Source: Octopus bimaculoides
Taxonomy: Eukaryota
Length of the DNA: 58,988 nucleotides
Direction: 5' to 3'
Assembly: GCF_001194135.2 (NCBI RefSeq)
Contig: NC_068984.1
Coordinates: 80,069,005 to 80,127,992 of the forward strand
Position 1 is the stretch's first letter. Every line of letters begins with the position of its first letter. Positions 13,403 to 26,520 of the stretch are shown here, piece by piece. The translations under genes were made by a program, and so were the position numbers. The notes under the pieces were generated by a model. The model saw only the letters and a program-made list of their open reading frames with translations. It did no database searches and was not told where the DNA came from.

Positions 13403-14904
13403 TATTTGTAATACCTGATTGCTGATGTTGCTATATCATTATCACATATAGTAACTTCATACCTGATGCTTGGTCTCCAAAGAGAACTTATATGTGATTG
13501 TTCAATCTACTAGAGATAGCAACCATATCATCTGATTCACACAACACCATCTTAAAAAATGGAAGTGCACATTAGATAATGTAGTCTTAGATAACCCTAA
13601 AATGTCTGTGATGAGAAATGTACATGATCGAGATTGACTTTGGCCTAAAAGCTGCCATTAAAGAAGAGGAAGTTAGAAAGAAAGTGAGAGAGAAAGAAAG
13701 AGAGAGTGGGAGAGAGAGAGAACTTGAATGAATTTATCAGTTATGGTAATATGGTTAAATGGTTAAAAAATGTTCACTTTGAGATTTCTAATACCTCCAT
13801 AAAACACTAGTTACAACTACTCATGCCTCCTTTATATGGAAATTTAGGAGATATAATTGATCAAAAGAGACTAATTAATACTCCCTTCCTTGAGATTCCA
13901 AATAAATTTAGCTAATGAAGAGTTGAGTAATTTTATTTTTAAAATAATATTTGTGATTATTCCATTATAATTCAGATTCTGTAGTACCTATATAACATTG
14001 TACTCAGGTTTTTGAACAGAACTTTTATATACTAAATTTGTTTGGAGATAAAGATCACTTATATTGATCCTTACTGTTACATGAATCATATTTATTAACT
14101 GATAAAACATTATTAATTGTGGCAGTATTAATTCTTTCCATATTGAATAGAGGCATATTATTAATAAAGGCACTATAATTACATCTACCTCTCAGATAAT
14201 TAGAATCATGTATGCTATTGTTAATACTAATTGATTTGCTACAGCTGATAGTAGCTATATTCTCAGTTAGATTAAATATGGTGGATTATGCTTTTTCACA
14301 GTATGCCTATTAAATATTTTGTTATGCTTACTTGAAAGTCCCTCTTCAACACTGGGAAGAAAATTCCAGAACCATCAGAGGCTACTTGTAGTCCAAAAGA
14401 AACAAGGAGGGGTTAAACTATGGAATATGTTGCTTACATAATCTATTTTCTTCCTATTACTGTTGTGTTTTACTGTCTTAGAAGGTGTAGTAATTATTAT
14501 CATTATAATGTTTGGCATAATTATATTTGGTCTTACCACCTTTAATAAATAGAGTTATGTTTTCCAAGTTTGCAAGGTTTGAATTAAGGTTTTTGAGGGA
14601 AGTCTGTGAACAATTGAGACTATATTCATTATTAACATGAGATATCTTTTGCTGTGGTTATTTCCCTATTATTTTTCCCTATAATTTTTTAACAACCTAA
14701 GTGAGAGCTTGGCACATTTTTAACCCGTGATTAATATTATTGCAATTTTTATGCCTTTTGTTATTACCATCAATGAGAAATGTTGTATTGCTTTGTTTAT
14801 ATTCTTGAGAATAAGGCCTACTATACCAGGAATACATTACTTTTACTGAATATTCAGTTTGTATACAACATTTTTGAATAAGCTGGATGATTTTTCCCCT
14901 CTCT

Positions 14905-15027
<123 letters not shown>

Positions 15028-15091
15028 TAGGGAATATAAATCCAAAACTTGCAGGGAAAAATTCAATTTCACAATATATAATATATGTATA

Positions 15092-15345
15092 TAATTTAGA
15101 GAAAAACCTATTAAACAATCCAATAATGAAAAACGTAATTCATATCATCCAGAAAAATAAACATACTATAAAGACCTTATTCTAAAAATCGATACGGTAC
15201 ACAAACAATAAATATTATTAAATAGACTACGCATGTTTCGTGGCTATATTTTCAAATAGATGACAATAATAAAATCAAACCAATTGAAGATCAGATCGAT
15301 CTAAAATTAATTCTATTTAAAAATATAGTCACTCTTCAGATCTAA
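15092..15345 (-). mobile_element. AT-rich Penelope-like terminal repeat remnant carrying a hammerhead
   Basis: Homologous inverted copy at 16780-16973; contains the hammerhead fold; lies between (AAT)n tracts. The Penelope assignment is inferred from the hammerhead architecture, since no RT or GIY-YIG ORF is seen. Confidence 0.55.

Positions 15346-15352
<7 letters not shown>
15211..15352 (-). ncRNA. Type I hammerhead ribozyme with canonical core
   Basis: Minus strand: UAGAU-CUGAAGA(15339-15333)-GUGACUAUAUUUUUAAAUAG[53 nt]CUAUUUGAAAAUAUAGCCAC-GAAAC-AUGC-GUA-GUCUA. Stem II is 20 positions with one mismatch; predicted cleavage between 15228 and 15227. Confidence 0.8.
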
Positions 15353-15416
<64 letters not shown>

Positions 15417-15512
15417 TAGCAATAATAAAACCAATGTAAATATCTTCTAATAATTATCAAATAAATATAGAAAAATATGTGCTTTAACAATAAATAAGCG
15501 AAAACCATATAC

Positions 15513-15910
15513 TCTTTTACTCTTTTTTACTCTTTTAGTTGTTTCAGTCATTTGACTGCGGCCATGTTGGAGCACCGCATTTTAGTCGAGCAAATCGACC
15601 CCAGGACTTATTCTTTGTAAGCCTAGTACTTATTCTATCAGTCTCTTTTGCCGAACTGCTNNNNNNNNNNNNNNNNNNNNNNNNNNNNNNNNNNNNNNNN
15701 NNNNNNNNNNNNNNNNNNNNNNNNNNNNNNNNNNNNNNNNNNNNACATATATACGACGGGCTTCTTTCAGTTTCCGTCTACCAAATCCACTCACAAGGCT
15801 TTGGTCGGCCCGAGGCTATAGTAGAAGACACCTGCCCAAGGTGCCAAGCAGTTGGACTGAACCTGGAACCATGTGGTTGGTAAGCAAGCTACTTACCACA
15901 CAGCCACTCA
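15513..15910 (-). mobile_element. SINE family A (contains an N gap)
   Basis: Near-identical to 1052-1450. Confidence 0.85.
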
Positions 15911-16550
15911 TTACTTAAAATAAAACCATAACTTATCTTATCAAACTAAAATTTTAAACGTAATACGTAGAACTTAGCGTTTATAAGAAATATATCCCGT
16001 GAAAATATGGTGTAAATAAAAATTATAGAAGAAATAGATAGAAATATGTATTTAAGCTGTTAAAATGACAAAATGTATTTTAGCTGTGAGAATAAGAAAA
16101 AACTAACTGTAGTATACCATTTACTGGAAAATTTTAAAGTCTAAATAATTTAAAACTAACATATATAATATACATAAATTAAGCTAAATTTCTATAATAT
16201 AATCTATTTTCATTAATTAATTTATTTATTTTATAAACATCTTAGTTTATTCTTATTCTAAATATGTAATATATCCTATATAATCTCATGTTAATTTATA
16301 CACATCTTGCTACTACAAATTATAACTACAACAATTAGTAATATAAAATAGGGTTTATATATATATGTATATATATATATATATATATAGGTGAGAAAGT
16401 TGGTATGTGAAAGCACGTGGTTGGAAAACCGGTTATTTCTCAAAATACAATGTTTATATACCAAAAAGATTTTATAACATTTTTCTGACATAATTTAAAT
16501 ATATACTTTAACCATGTAACACAAGCCTTCTGTAGTTTTTTCACTCTTAT

Positions 16551-16649
<99 letters not shown>

Positions 16650-16779
16650 TGTGTGTGTGTACACACACACACAAATTAGCTAAACTTATTATATAAGTAA
16701 TTTAACTTATGTTTGCATTTTAATTTTCGTTCATCTAGGAAATTAATTAATTTTTTATTATTAGTTAATAATATCTCCT

Positions 16780-16973
16780 TAGAATTAATTTCAGATCGAT
16801 TTGAATTTGAATTGGATTGCTTTTATTATTGTTATCTATTTGAAAATATAGCTATGAAACGTGCGTAGTCTATTTAATATTATTTATTGTTTATGTACTC
16901 TATTGATTTTCTGGATGGTCTGAATTACGTTTTTTATTATTGAATTGTTTAATAGAGGTTTTTCTCTAAATTA
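16780..16973 (+). mobile_element. Inverted, truncated copy of the 15092-15345 repeat (3' half of hammerhead only)
   Basis: ctatttgaaaatatagctat-GAAAC-gtgc-GTA-gtcta present; CUGANGA box and 5' stem II strand absent. Confidence 0.7.
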
Positions 16974-16989
16974 CACACACACACACACA

Positions 16990-17160
16990 CACGTCTACAA
17001 TGGGCTTGTTTCAGTTTCCATCTACCAAAATCCACTCACAAGGCTTTGGTTAGCCCAAGGCTATGGTAGAAGACACTTGCCCAAGATGCCACACTGTGAG
17101 ACTGAACCCTGAACCATGCGGTTGAGAAGCAAGCATTATTCCACACAGTCATGCCTGCCC
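16990..17160 (-). mobile_element. SINE family A, head half
   Basis: gggcttgtttcagtttccatctaccaaaatccactcacaaggc...ccacacagtc. Confidence 0.75.
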
Positions 17161-19240
17161 TTATAGCCACAGTGTGTATGCACATGTGTGTGCAACTTGT
17201 AACAAGACACATAAGCATTGGCAAGAAAATTGCTAATTTGGCACTTTTGAAGAAAAATCCTCTGTGATATTTGTTCCACCCATTGTTAATTCAGCAAAAA
17301 ACGTGATAAGTCTGTTGTAAATCTGCAACCAGTGATGTGACATAAAATCAAAGCAAATTCCAATTGCTCATAGGCTGACAACATACAAATACTTCAACCT
17401 ACACATACAAACATGTGCATGCGCACACACATACACACACACACACACACACTCTCTCTCTCTCTTAAGAAAAATGTCTCTGTAAACTAACTGATTTCTC
17501 ACAATAGCGTTTTAATTACCATATTCGATCTGTTTCCTTTACTGATTCTGAAACATACTAAATCTATTATTCAATTGCTCTGCTTGTTCTTCTTACCAGT
17601 CTTAACAGCTCATGCACAATAGACACTCTCACACATGCAAACACTCGTGCACAGACACCTATGGAGACATACAGGTGCATGTGCATATATACATACAGAT
17701 ATTTAGGTCAGAAGACGAGTTGTTTTTTTTTTTGTTTTCTTTTAGTTTATAGCTTGATCCTTAAATAACATCTCAACCTTTAAACAGACCTACAGACAAA
17801 GTTCGATTGGTGATGGCAGATTGGATATATAGCTATAAGCTTTTTGACCCATGCCATTTTATTGAAGATATTGGTTGATAAAGCTGGGATTGGAGAAAAG
17901 AGAATGTTTACACAAGTTCCTGAAATGTCAAAGTACCAACGGACACAAGACAAACCAACTGTTAGAAAATGAATTTTATCATTGCCATTGAAGCAGATAC
18001 AGATAGTGATGGGGATTTAATGTTTCATATTAAAGATTTTGAAATTATTTTTTTTCTCTCTGTCATATTCTTTTCTGCTTTGTCTGAATTATTGCTGAAG
18101 ATATGATACTTTTGTTGTTGTTATTGTTGCTATTGCTGTCATCATTGTTGTTTTTTTTGTTGTTGTTGTTGTGTAGTCTTTGTCATCCCTGATCAAAGAC
18201 ACCTATGCTTAAAGCCCTTCCAACAAGCAACGACTTGTGTTTTTGTTTAGTCATAATATAATGGTTCCTTCATCAGTCAGAGTGGGGAACAAAAGAACAA
18301 ACCAGGTTCAAATACTGTTGGAAACTGGATTTTGAAAAGTAGCAGGAAGACACTTTGGAGTCATGACCTGGGTGGGCCTAGCTCCCATACAGTGTCAGGT
18401 ATAAGGACCAAAACACTTGTCGGATATAACAGAAACTCACCTTCTCGCCTTGTGGCGAGTTTCTGTTATATATTCCAGACTTCTTTATCCAACATCCTTC
18501 TTACTTTTATATTTTCTGAAGAGTTGAAGAGTATAGTCAAAGGAAAATTTAATTGCTTTTTCTAGCAGGGCAAGTTATAATACAAAGATTTTTTGTTAGC
18601 TCATACTGTATTGTTGTTGTTTGGCCAACCTGTATATACATGCACACACACACACATGCTAATAATGAGAAATATTTCACAGATGGAGATTAATATATTT
18701 CTCCTGCACTACACGGAGTACCACATGCATCACAATCCCATACATTTAACTTGGTAGGTTGGGAATAATATACAAAAACTAGCAACAAGTAACATAGGGG
18801 CTATTATGAGAACACTGGTAGCTGTTTACCATATACCAAACACAAGGATCATCATCATTATATTTATCATTTAACATCTGTTTTCCATACTGATATGTAT
18901 CTATCTTCATGAATTTGTGTTGCAGGATTCTTGATGTGAAGACGTGTGTTGATACAGATATTGTTATATTTCAGGATGGACTTTAGGTCTTTGTGACAGC
19001 TCTTGTTCTGCTTATTCCATTCTGTTCTTCTAGAACCTTAGAAGGAGTAAGTGGAGCAAGAACGCATATGAAAATGAAAAGTGTCACTGATGAGGTCAGA
19101 GATGTGTGACGAAAGATTTACGGACAATGGGCATGAGTCAGAATAAGAACAGTAATAGACGAGTGAAGAACAAATATATAATACATACATTTATTTGGCC
19201 CAAAAAAGAATAAAGAAAATGACCATCCTGAAATACAACA

Positions 19241-19361
<121 letters not shown>

Positions 19362-19392
19362 TACATACATATACACACACACCAAGATATTA

Positions 19393-19515
19393 TGATTCTG
19401 ATAAAGATAGCATTAGTTCTTTAAGGTCATTGACTTTTTCTCAACCAGTCAATAGACCGAATGAGTAGACTGATTAATGAAAGAACCTATAGCTATCAGA
19501 AACACCTGTAAGTCG
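19393..19515 (+). ncRNA. Degenerate type I hammerhead (G8A)
   Basis: UGAUU-CUGAUAA-A-GAUAGC...GCUAUC-A-GAAAC-ACCU-GUA-AGUCG, with a long branched stem II. Confidence 0.55.
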
Positions 19516-19786
19516 AATTTACTACAATAAAAGAATATGTAATGACCATTATTTATACCTTGTCTTTTATGTGTGTGTGTGTATATATATATATATATAG
19601 TTGAAATTTATAGAAAACCAAAAGATAAAGACAGGTGTATGAACAACAAGGAGGTGTATTAGTTTGACCTTCAGCAAAGTGAAAATGTCTGCTACGTTTT
19701 GAGCCTACGCTCTCCAACAGAAAGGAATAAGAGAAAATAAATAGAGAGAGAATAATAAAAACTTGTTGATTTAGCAGTCAAGCATG

Positions 19787-19830
<44 letters not shown>

Positions 19831-20227
19831 TAGATATATATAGTTAGATAAATAGATAGTTAAATAGATAGATAGACAGATTGAAATGCTGTGCTTGAGA
19901 AGACCCGTGAAGCCAAGTGAAATTATAGTCATGACTGGTGCCAGTGTCACATAACTGACACCCATGCTGGTGGCATGTAAAAGGCACCCTTCAAACGCCT
20001 CTGTGAGGTTGTTGTTGGTGGTTGTTGTTGTTGAAAATCATAAAAAAACATTACAGGAAAGCAAGTCACAGAAAAATTTAAAACCCCTTAACTGAGAAAA
20101 CCTGTAATCAAAAACATTCCAGTTGTGACCATAATTTTCTTTTACTCTGTAGTGATAAACTGTAGCCACATAGACTGCTGAGTGATTTGAGGTGGATTTT
20201 GGCTGCTATTTATAATCATAATTTTTT

Positions 20228-20830
20228 TTATTTTTTGCTATGATTGCTTTCTGTTTTCTCCTGTGAATTTTTGTTTGTTTTTCCACTTTTTTCCTGTGCC
20301 TTTTTACCTGTGTCTCTCCTGGGATTTTTCTGTGACTTTTGTCTGTAACTTCCTTCCTGTACCATTCTTCTTGTTATATTTCTCCAACCTACCTCGTGAC
20401 TTTTTTCCATGACATTTTTCCCCTGTGACTATCTATGGCTGGCTTTTTTTCCTCTGTTTTTCCTGTGCCTTTTTACACATGCCTATCTTTCCTGACATTT
20501 TCGTGGGGTTCCTTTCCTATAACTTAGTCACACAGCCTTTTCTTTTCTGTGGCAATTTCTTCCTGTGAGTTCTCCCCTGTTACTTTTTCCCTGTCATTTC
20601 TGTTCCTTCATTTTTCCATGAAATTTTCTTTTCTGTGACTTTTTTTTCAATGACTTTATTTGTGTGATTTTTTTTACCTATGGCATTTTTTCCTAACTTT
20701 TTCTCTGTGATATTTTCCCTGTTATTTATTTCCTATGATTTATTCTTCTGTGACTTTCATTCCTCTGATATTTTTCTTGTGATATTTTCCCTATGACTTG
20801 TGACTTTTTTCTGTGACTCTTTTATATTTT
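20228..20830. repeat. Degenerate pyrimidine-rich minisatellite, unit about TTTTTCCTGTGAC
   Basis: Dozens of imperfect (c/t)tgtga(c/t) cores separated by T/C runs. Confidence 0.75.
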
Positions 20831-20989
20831 CTTGCTTGTTTCAGTTTTCTGTCATTGTTGCTGTGTTTGTAGTTTCATTTATTGTTACATCTGTTGTTGC
20901 TGTTTAGGGTGGAATGCAAAAAATCATAATGTGCATGTGCATGTGTGTGTGTAGTGTTGGTAGTTAATATTAATCTTGTTATTAAACCA

Positions 20990-21205
20990 GCAAGCTGGCA
21001 GAATTGTTAGAATGCCAGGCAAAATGCTTACCAGAATTTTGTCTGTTGTCACATTCTGAGTTCAAATTCTGCAGAGGTTGACTTTGCTTTTCATTCTTTC
21101 AGAGGTCAGTGAAATAACTACCAAGTGAACGCTGGGGTCAGTGTAGTTGACTAGGCCCCTTCCCTGAAATTGCTAGCCTTGAGCCAAAATTTGAAGCCAA
21201 TATTA
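20990..21205 (+). mobile_element. SINE family B
   Basis: gcaagctggcagaattgttag...ttctgagttcaaattctgcagaggttgactttgc; further copies near 21740, 26720, 29690(-), 49400, 49680(-) and 51095. Confidence 0.75.
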
Positions 21206-23167
21206 ATCTTGCGATTTAGCACTAGGTCAATCTTGCACAAAATTGACCTAGCACTAGGTCAATCTTGATTGAGCAGACTTATGATCAAAAACACTCCAGT
21301 TTAGATATGACAATCCTTTTATTTATTCAAACATAAGATATTGTTATTTAGGACATTGTGGCCTTCCTTTACTATTATTAGTTGCATGTGATTTGAAATT
21401 GATTTGAATGCTGTTTCTAATTTCCTCTTTGGTTTGCATCTCTTATTGGCTGATCTTAATTTTCTATTTGCTGTTGTTTAGCCCTAGGTCAGTCTTGAAC
21501 AAATTGTTTTGTGATCAGAGATATTCCAGCCATGATGAACCTGTCATTATTTTTTGGACTATGTAGGTCAAACATTATTGAATATGCTCATCTTCAAATG
21601 GAATGCTTTTATCCGATTTGAGGGAAATTTGGCTGTTATTTCTAGTGTGTCAAACAGCCACATATTACTCAAATTAATTTTGTTATTACTGTTGTTATGG
21701 CAGTTTTGTTGTTAATATCAATATAAATTTCACAAAAGCCACCAGAGTTGACATTGCCTTTCATCCTTTTGGGGGTCAATAAAATAAGTACCAGTTATGC
21801 ACTGGGATCAATGCAATTGATTTACTTGCTTCTAAACTTGCTGGCTTTGAACCAAAATTCGAAAGCAATATTAATGTGGATTCCTGAGATCTAATGTGGT
21901 CAGCATAGCATTTTTCATCTTCCCAGGATTAAAAAACTATATTAGCATATCAGTACAAGTGTTGATTTAATTGACTTTAATCTTCCATTAAATGGTGTAA
22001 ATTTGAACAAATGCTGGAAATCATTATAAACATAGATGGAAAAAAATGACAAAATGCCAGGACAAAGGTCTTTTGGCAATCATTTTGATTTCTGCTGGGT
22101 CATCTTTGCCTGCCCGTCTATATAGTTAATAATATGTGTGTGTGTGTGTGTGTATGTGTGTTTGTGTTTGTGTGTTTATGTATATGTACAAGAAGAGGTC
22201 AAGTTCTACATGGATTAAATGGCCACCATATACATATTTTAGGATTGACTGTTTCATTGTACATCCACTACAGTAAATACATGACCTTATTTCAATGTTA
22301 CAATTCAATATTTGTATCAGTGCGGCATGGTGAATGCTATTGTTGCTATAGAAATTGTGTAGGCATGTGGCCTAACAGTTAGTGGTATCGCACTCACAAT
22401 CAGAAGATCATGGTTTCAATTCTCGAATCCACCGTGTTTTGTGTTCTTGAATAAAACGCTGCATTTCACACTGCTCCAGTCCACTCAACTGTAAATGAAT
22501 GACCTTGCAATAGACTGGTGTCTTGTCCAGTGGATATGTTGGGATTCCAATCACTTTTATGCCACAAAATCCAGGCAACCAGCAATCAGTTCTAGGACTT
22601 GGCACAGTAATGTCCACAGAGTGATAAAGAGTGATTTAAAAATTGTTTGGTGGGGAGTAGCTCCTTGTACATTATGAACCAGTCACTTTCAACCATTAAA
22701 GATCCACAGCACACTGAATAGGGTGCTGTGGATCAAATAATGACATATCATCAATTTTTGAAAAGTTTTAAACATTTTGGATGAGTGGTTAAGAAGATAA
22801 GTTTGCAAACATGTAGTTTTGGGTTCAATCCCACTGGGCATAATCTTGGACAAGTTTCTTCTTCTATACCTCCAGACCAATGAATGCCTTGTGGGTGAAT
22901 ATGGTAGATGGAAACTTCTGGTACTCAAGTGTGCTGCACTACAGTGATTTGAAATATGTGCTTTAGAGCAACCTGTTGGCCCAGCATATTGGATACATAG
23001 ACATTAAGTCAGTCAAATGTAAATTGCAGTATTTAGCATTCTAGTCAAGAGCAGCTAAGCTTCTTTTATTGCTATTGTTGTTTATCTCCAGGTCAGTCCC
23101 AAATTAGTAAACCTTTGATCAAAGGTATTCCAGCTCTGAAAATTCAATTTCTTCCTGAAGATGTACT

Positions 23168-23745
23168 ACTCTTTTACTTGTTTCAGTCATTTGACTGTGG
23201 CCATGCTGGAGCACTGCCTTTAGTCAAGAAAATCGACCCCAAGACTTATTCTTTGTAAGCCTAGTACTTATTCTATCGGTCTCTTTTTGCCGAACCGCTA
23301 AGTTACAGGGATGTAAACACACCATCATCGGTTGTCAAGCGATGGTGGGGGGACAAACACACTTACACACACATATCATCATCATCATCATCATCGTTTA
23401 ACGTCCACTTTCCATGCTAGGACGATTTGAGGTTGGACGATTTGAGGTTGGACGATTTGACTGAGGACTGGTGAAACCGGATGGCAACACCAGGCTCCAA
23501 TCTAATTTGGCAGAGTTTCTACAGCTGGATGCCCTTCCTAACGCCAACCACTCAGGGAGTGTAGTGGGTGCTTTTACGTGTCACCCACGACGGGCTTCTT
23601 TCAGTTTCTGTCTACCAAATCCACTCACAAGGCTTTGGTCAACCCGAGGCTATAGTAGAAGACACTTGCCCAAGGTGCCATGCAGTGGGACTGAACCCAG
23701 AACCATGTGGTTGGTAAGCAAGCTACTTACCACACGGCCACTCTT
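23168..23745 (-). mobile_element. SINE family A with a nested family C insertion (about 23376-23585)
   Basis: Family A halves flank (cat)n cgtttaacgtccactttccatgc...gtgtcaccc. Confidence 0.85.
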
Positions 23746-26441
23746 GCGCCTATATAATGTTTTACTATTTTTTTTTTTTTAAAGATGGTGGTGAATAATT
23801 TGAGGAGAGTTGGCTGCTAAATCTAGCCAATCAAACAACCACATAGGGCAATGGTGGGAAACATTTTAATGCCAGATGCAAATTGCATGTGCATAAGAAT
23901 ATTGTTAGCTTAAACTGCACTTAGAATAATAATGAATCTATTGGTGTTGTTGATAATTCTGTTGCTGTTCTTTGAAGTTTGTTTCTATAAGACATAACTG
24001 ATTGACCTTTCATTTGGTGGAAATATTTACTACAACTGAATAAATGTCAGTGATTTGGATATCAATCAATTAGTTCTCAGTACTTAAAACTGACATATGG
24101 CACTATGTCTTCTGGGTTCATGCAGAATGAATTTGCAATTCTTCTCAAGTTCCAAAAGTGTTCAACTTTATTTTTATCCATTTCTGAAATGTCTTTCATG
24201 CTATAATGGACCAATTATATCATCTTTTAAACTCTTAATTAAATTCTTTCCAATTTATTTGTATTTTCTTTGACAATTTGCTCTAATTAAAAATTGCATG
24301 GCCTCATGTAGAGAATTGGGTATATGACACTTTAACATCTTCGTTATTGTTTCAGTTACAATTAATTTTTTGTTTCAATTAATTTTTAAAACAAGGAAAA
24401 TGTGAGTAAAATAATTTTGTTATTATTAAACTGGTGTTTGGAATTTTGAGAGATTTTATTTTAGGTCACTTTAAACCAAGAAGAGCAGTCTCGGGTAGGG
24501 TGATATCAATAGAGTTAAAACCACTGTAAGTAATTGTTGTTTTGACCAGGTTGGCACTGATCAAGTAGACTTATGACCAAAGGTATTTCAGATTGGACCA
24601 TCCCAAAAGAATACAGGACTAGCTTATCCAACCAATCATTCCCTTTTTAAGATATTATGATGTAATTTGAGGTCGAGTTGATTGGTGAGTGACTTTGAAG
24701 ACATGCTGAGTAATGTGAATGAAATGGCTGCTTCTAATTAGATGTCGACATATTTTAGTCATGGTCAGCAAAATATTTGATGCTATCAGATACTGATATC
24801 AAACCAAGTGAGCCAAGACTCAACGTTGGTAGATTTTGTCTTGAAAGTAACCTGGGAAGCTGTAGCCAGTTTCGCTCAAACAGACTAATGCCTCTGATTC
24901 AATGTTTAGGAGTGGTCTCTCTATCTTTCTGCTGAGTGTTTCAAGTTAGGTTTGCAGTAACAGCTTCTTTTAACAATAATTTCATTTACTTCTAGGATGC
25001 ATTTCAGAAATACAGATCAACCCCAGTACTTGACTGGTCTGTAGGATTGAGCTGTAGGTGTGAAGCATTCACTATGCACACTCAGAACACGCATATAATT
25101 CCATAAAATTTCTTTAAAACTTTCCACTGGCAAGGTGCTGGTCAACCTGAGACATTTTCGACATTTTCTCAGGGTGCTATGCAGTGGGATTGATCCTGGA
25201 ACCATGTGGTTGTGAAGAAAACTTCATTACCACACAACCTTGCCAGTGCCCCTGTATAAAATTGAAATTTGGAGACTGACAGCCATCATGTAGCTGCTAA
25301 AATGTTACTGTCTCATTCATTCACTTGGAAAATCTGTGAGTAAAGTTTTCAAATTTATGGCTTGATGATATGTTCAATGAATTGCATAAATTGTGACTTT
25401 CCTTGTTCCATGATCTGCTTTGATGCACAAATCTTTTCAAGTACTTTGTTGAAGGAATGAGAATGCCATAGCTATTCACAGTAACATTCAATGAATACTC
25501 TATTGCAAGGTTCTGGTTAAACTCGTAAATCCCTTTCAGTGTATAATTAAGAAATATTTATCTCCTCAAAGAAAACAAAAAAGAAAATTACAAAAACTCT
25601 TCCCAAACTAGTTGATGATAAATTGCTTTACTGACTCATGTTCCTTTAACACTTAATTGAATTTTACTTATGTATCATGTGTGAAGAAACATGGCTATTT
25701 GAGCTTAACAAAGCTTGAAAATAATTTGATACAAAAATTAAGAGTTTCCTTTCCCTTTTTCTTTTTCTCCTTTTTCTTCTTTTTTTTATATTTTCTTGAT
25801 ATATTGATTCTTATTCACTGCATTTTACTGCTTTAAACTAATAAGATAACTATCAGCGTGCTAAACTGTCAGTGAGAAGAGATTAAGTCATTAAATTCGA
25901 TGCCAAGACTACAATCTGTATATTCTGACACATTTATAGATTTCCAACATTTTGATGGGATGTTTTATGTCTTAATTAAACATGAACATTTCAATATAAG
26001 TAACTTAGAGCTGTCTCTCATTTAATGAATGGGTGATAAAAAGTTTGAAATTTATGGTCATAATAGTTTGTAAATCTGCACAGTTCATTGTCTGATGTGA
26101 CCGAGAAAGACCTAAGAAGGTATCTATTCTGACCTTGCGGTCATTCATTGTTATTGGAATTCAACAGCAAGGAGGAAATTGCATTTGTAATTATTGTAAC
26201 ATGAAGTCAATAACATAATTGAAATGCATCTTCTCTGCTTCTTGGAGACAATTATCAATTGAACTGTCAGAGAGCCCTATGTGATGCTCGAAGTATGCAA
26301 ATATGAGTCAAACATTAGAAAACTTAAATGACAGCATGTAAATGATTAACATCATCCTTTTCACATCTGCTTACATCCATGTTGACATGATTTATCTGAG
26401 TCTGCTATAAACCAGCCTTTCACAAGTTTAAACCCATAATG

Positions 26442-26520
26442 CACACTGCACCAGCACACATGTGGAAACACACTGCACCAACACACATGTGCAAACACAC
26501 TGCACCAGCACACATGTGCA
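26442..26520. repeat. 27-bp tandem repeat, 3 copies
   Basis: cacactgcacca(g/a)cacacatgtg(g/c)aaa repeated head to tail. Confidence 0.9.

Noticed and set aside
19087-19114. CUGAUGA-G-GUCA...UGAC-GAAA
   Set aside because: No stem I or stem III/UH partner could be found in any permutation.
19685-19730. Minus-strand CUGUUGGA-GAGC guag GCUC-AAAAC-GUA in a Penelope-like fragment
   Set aside because: Both core boxes are altered and stem I is unclear; too degenerate to call.
26442-26520. 27-bp and 29-bp triple repeats resembling CRISPR arrays (also 57856-57941)
   Set aside because: Head-to-tail with no unique spacers, eukaryotic context, no cas genes.
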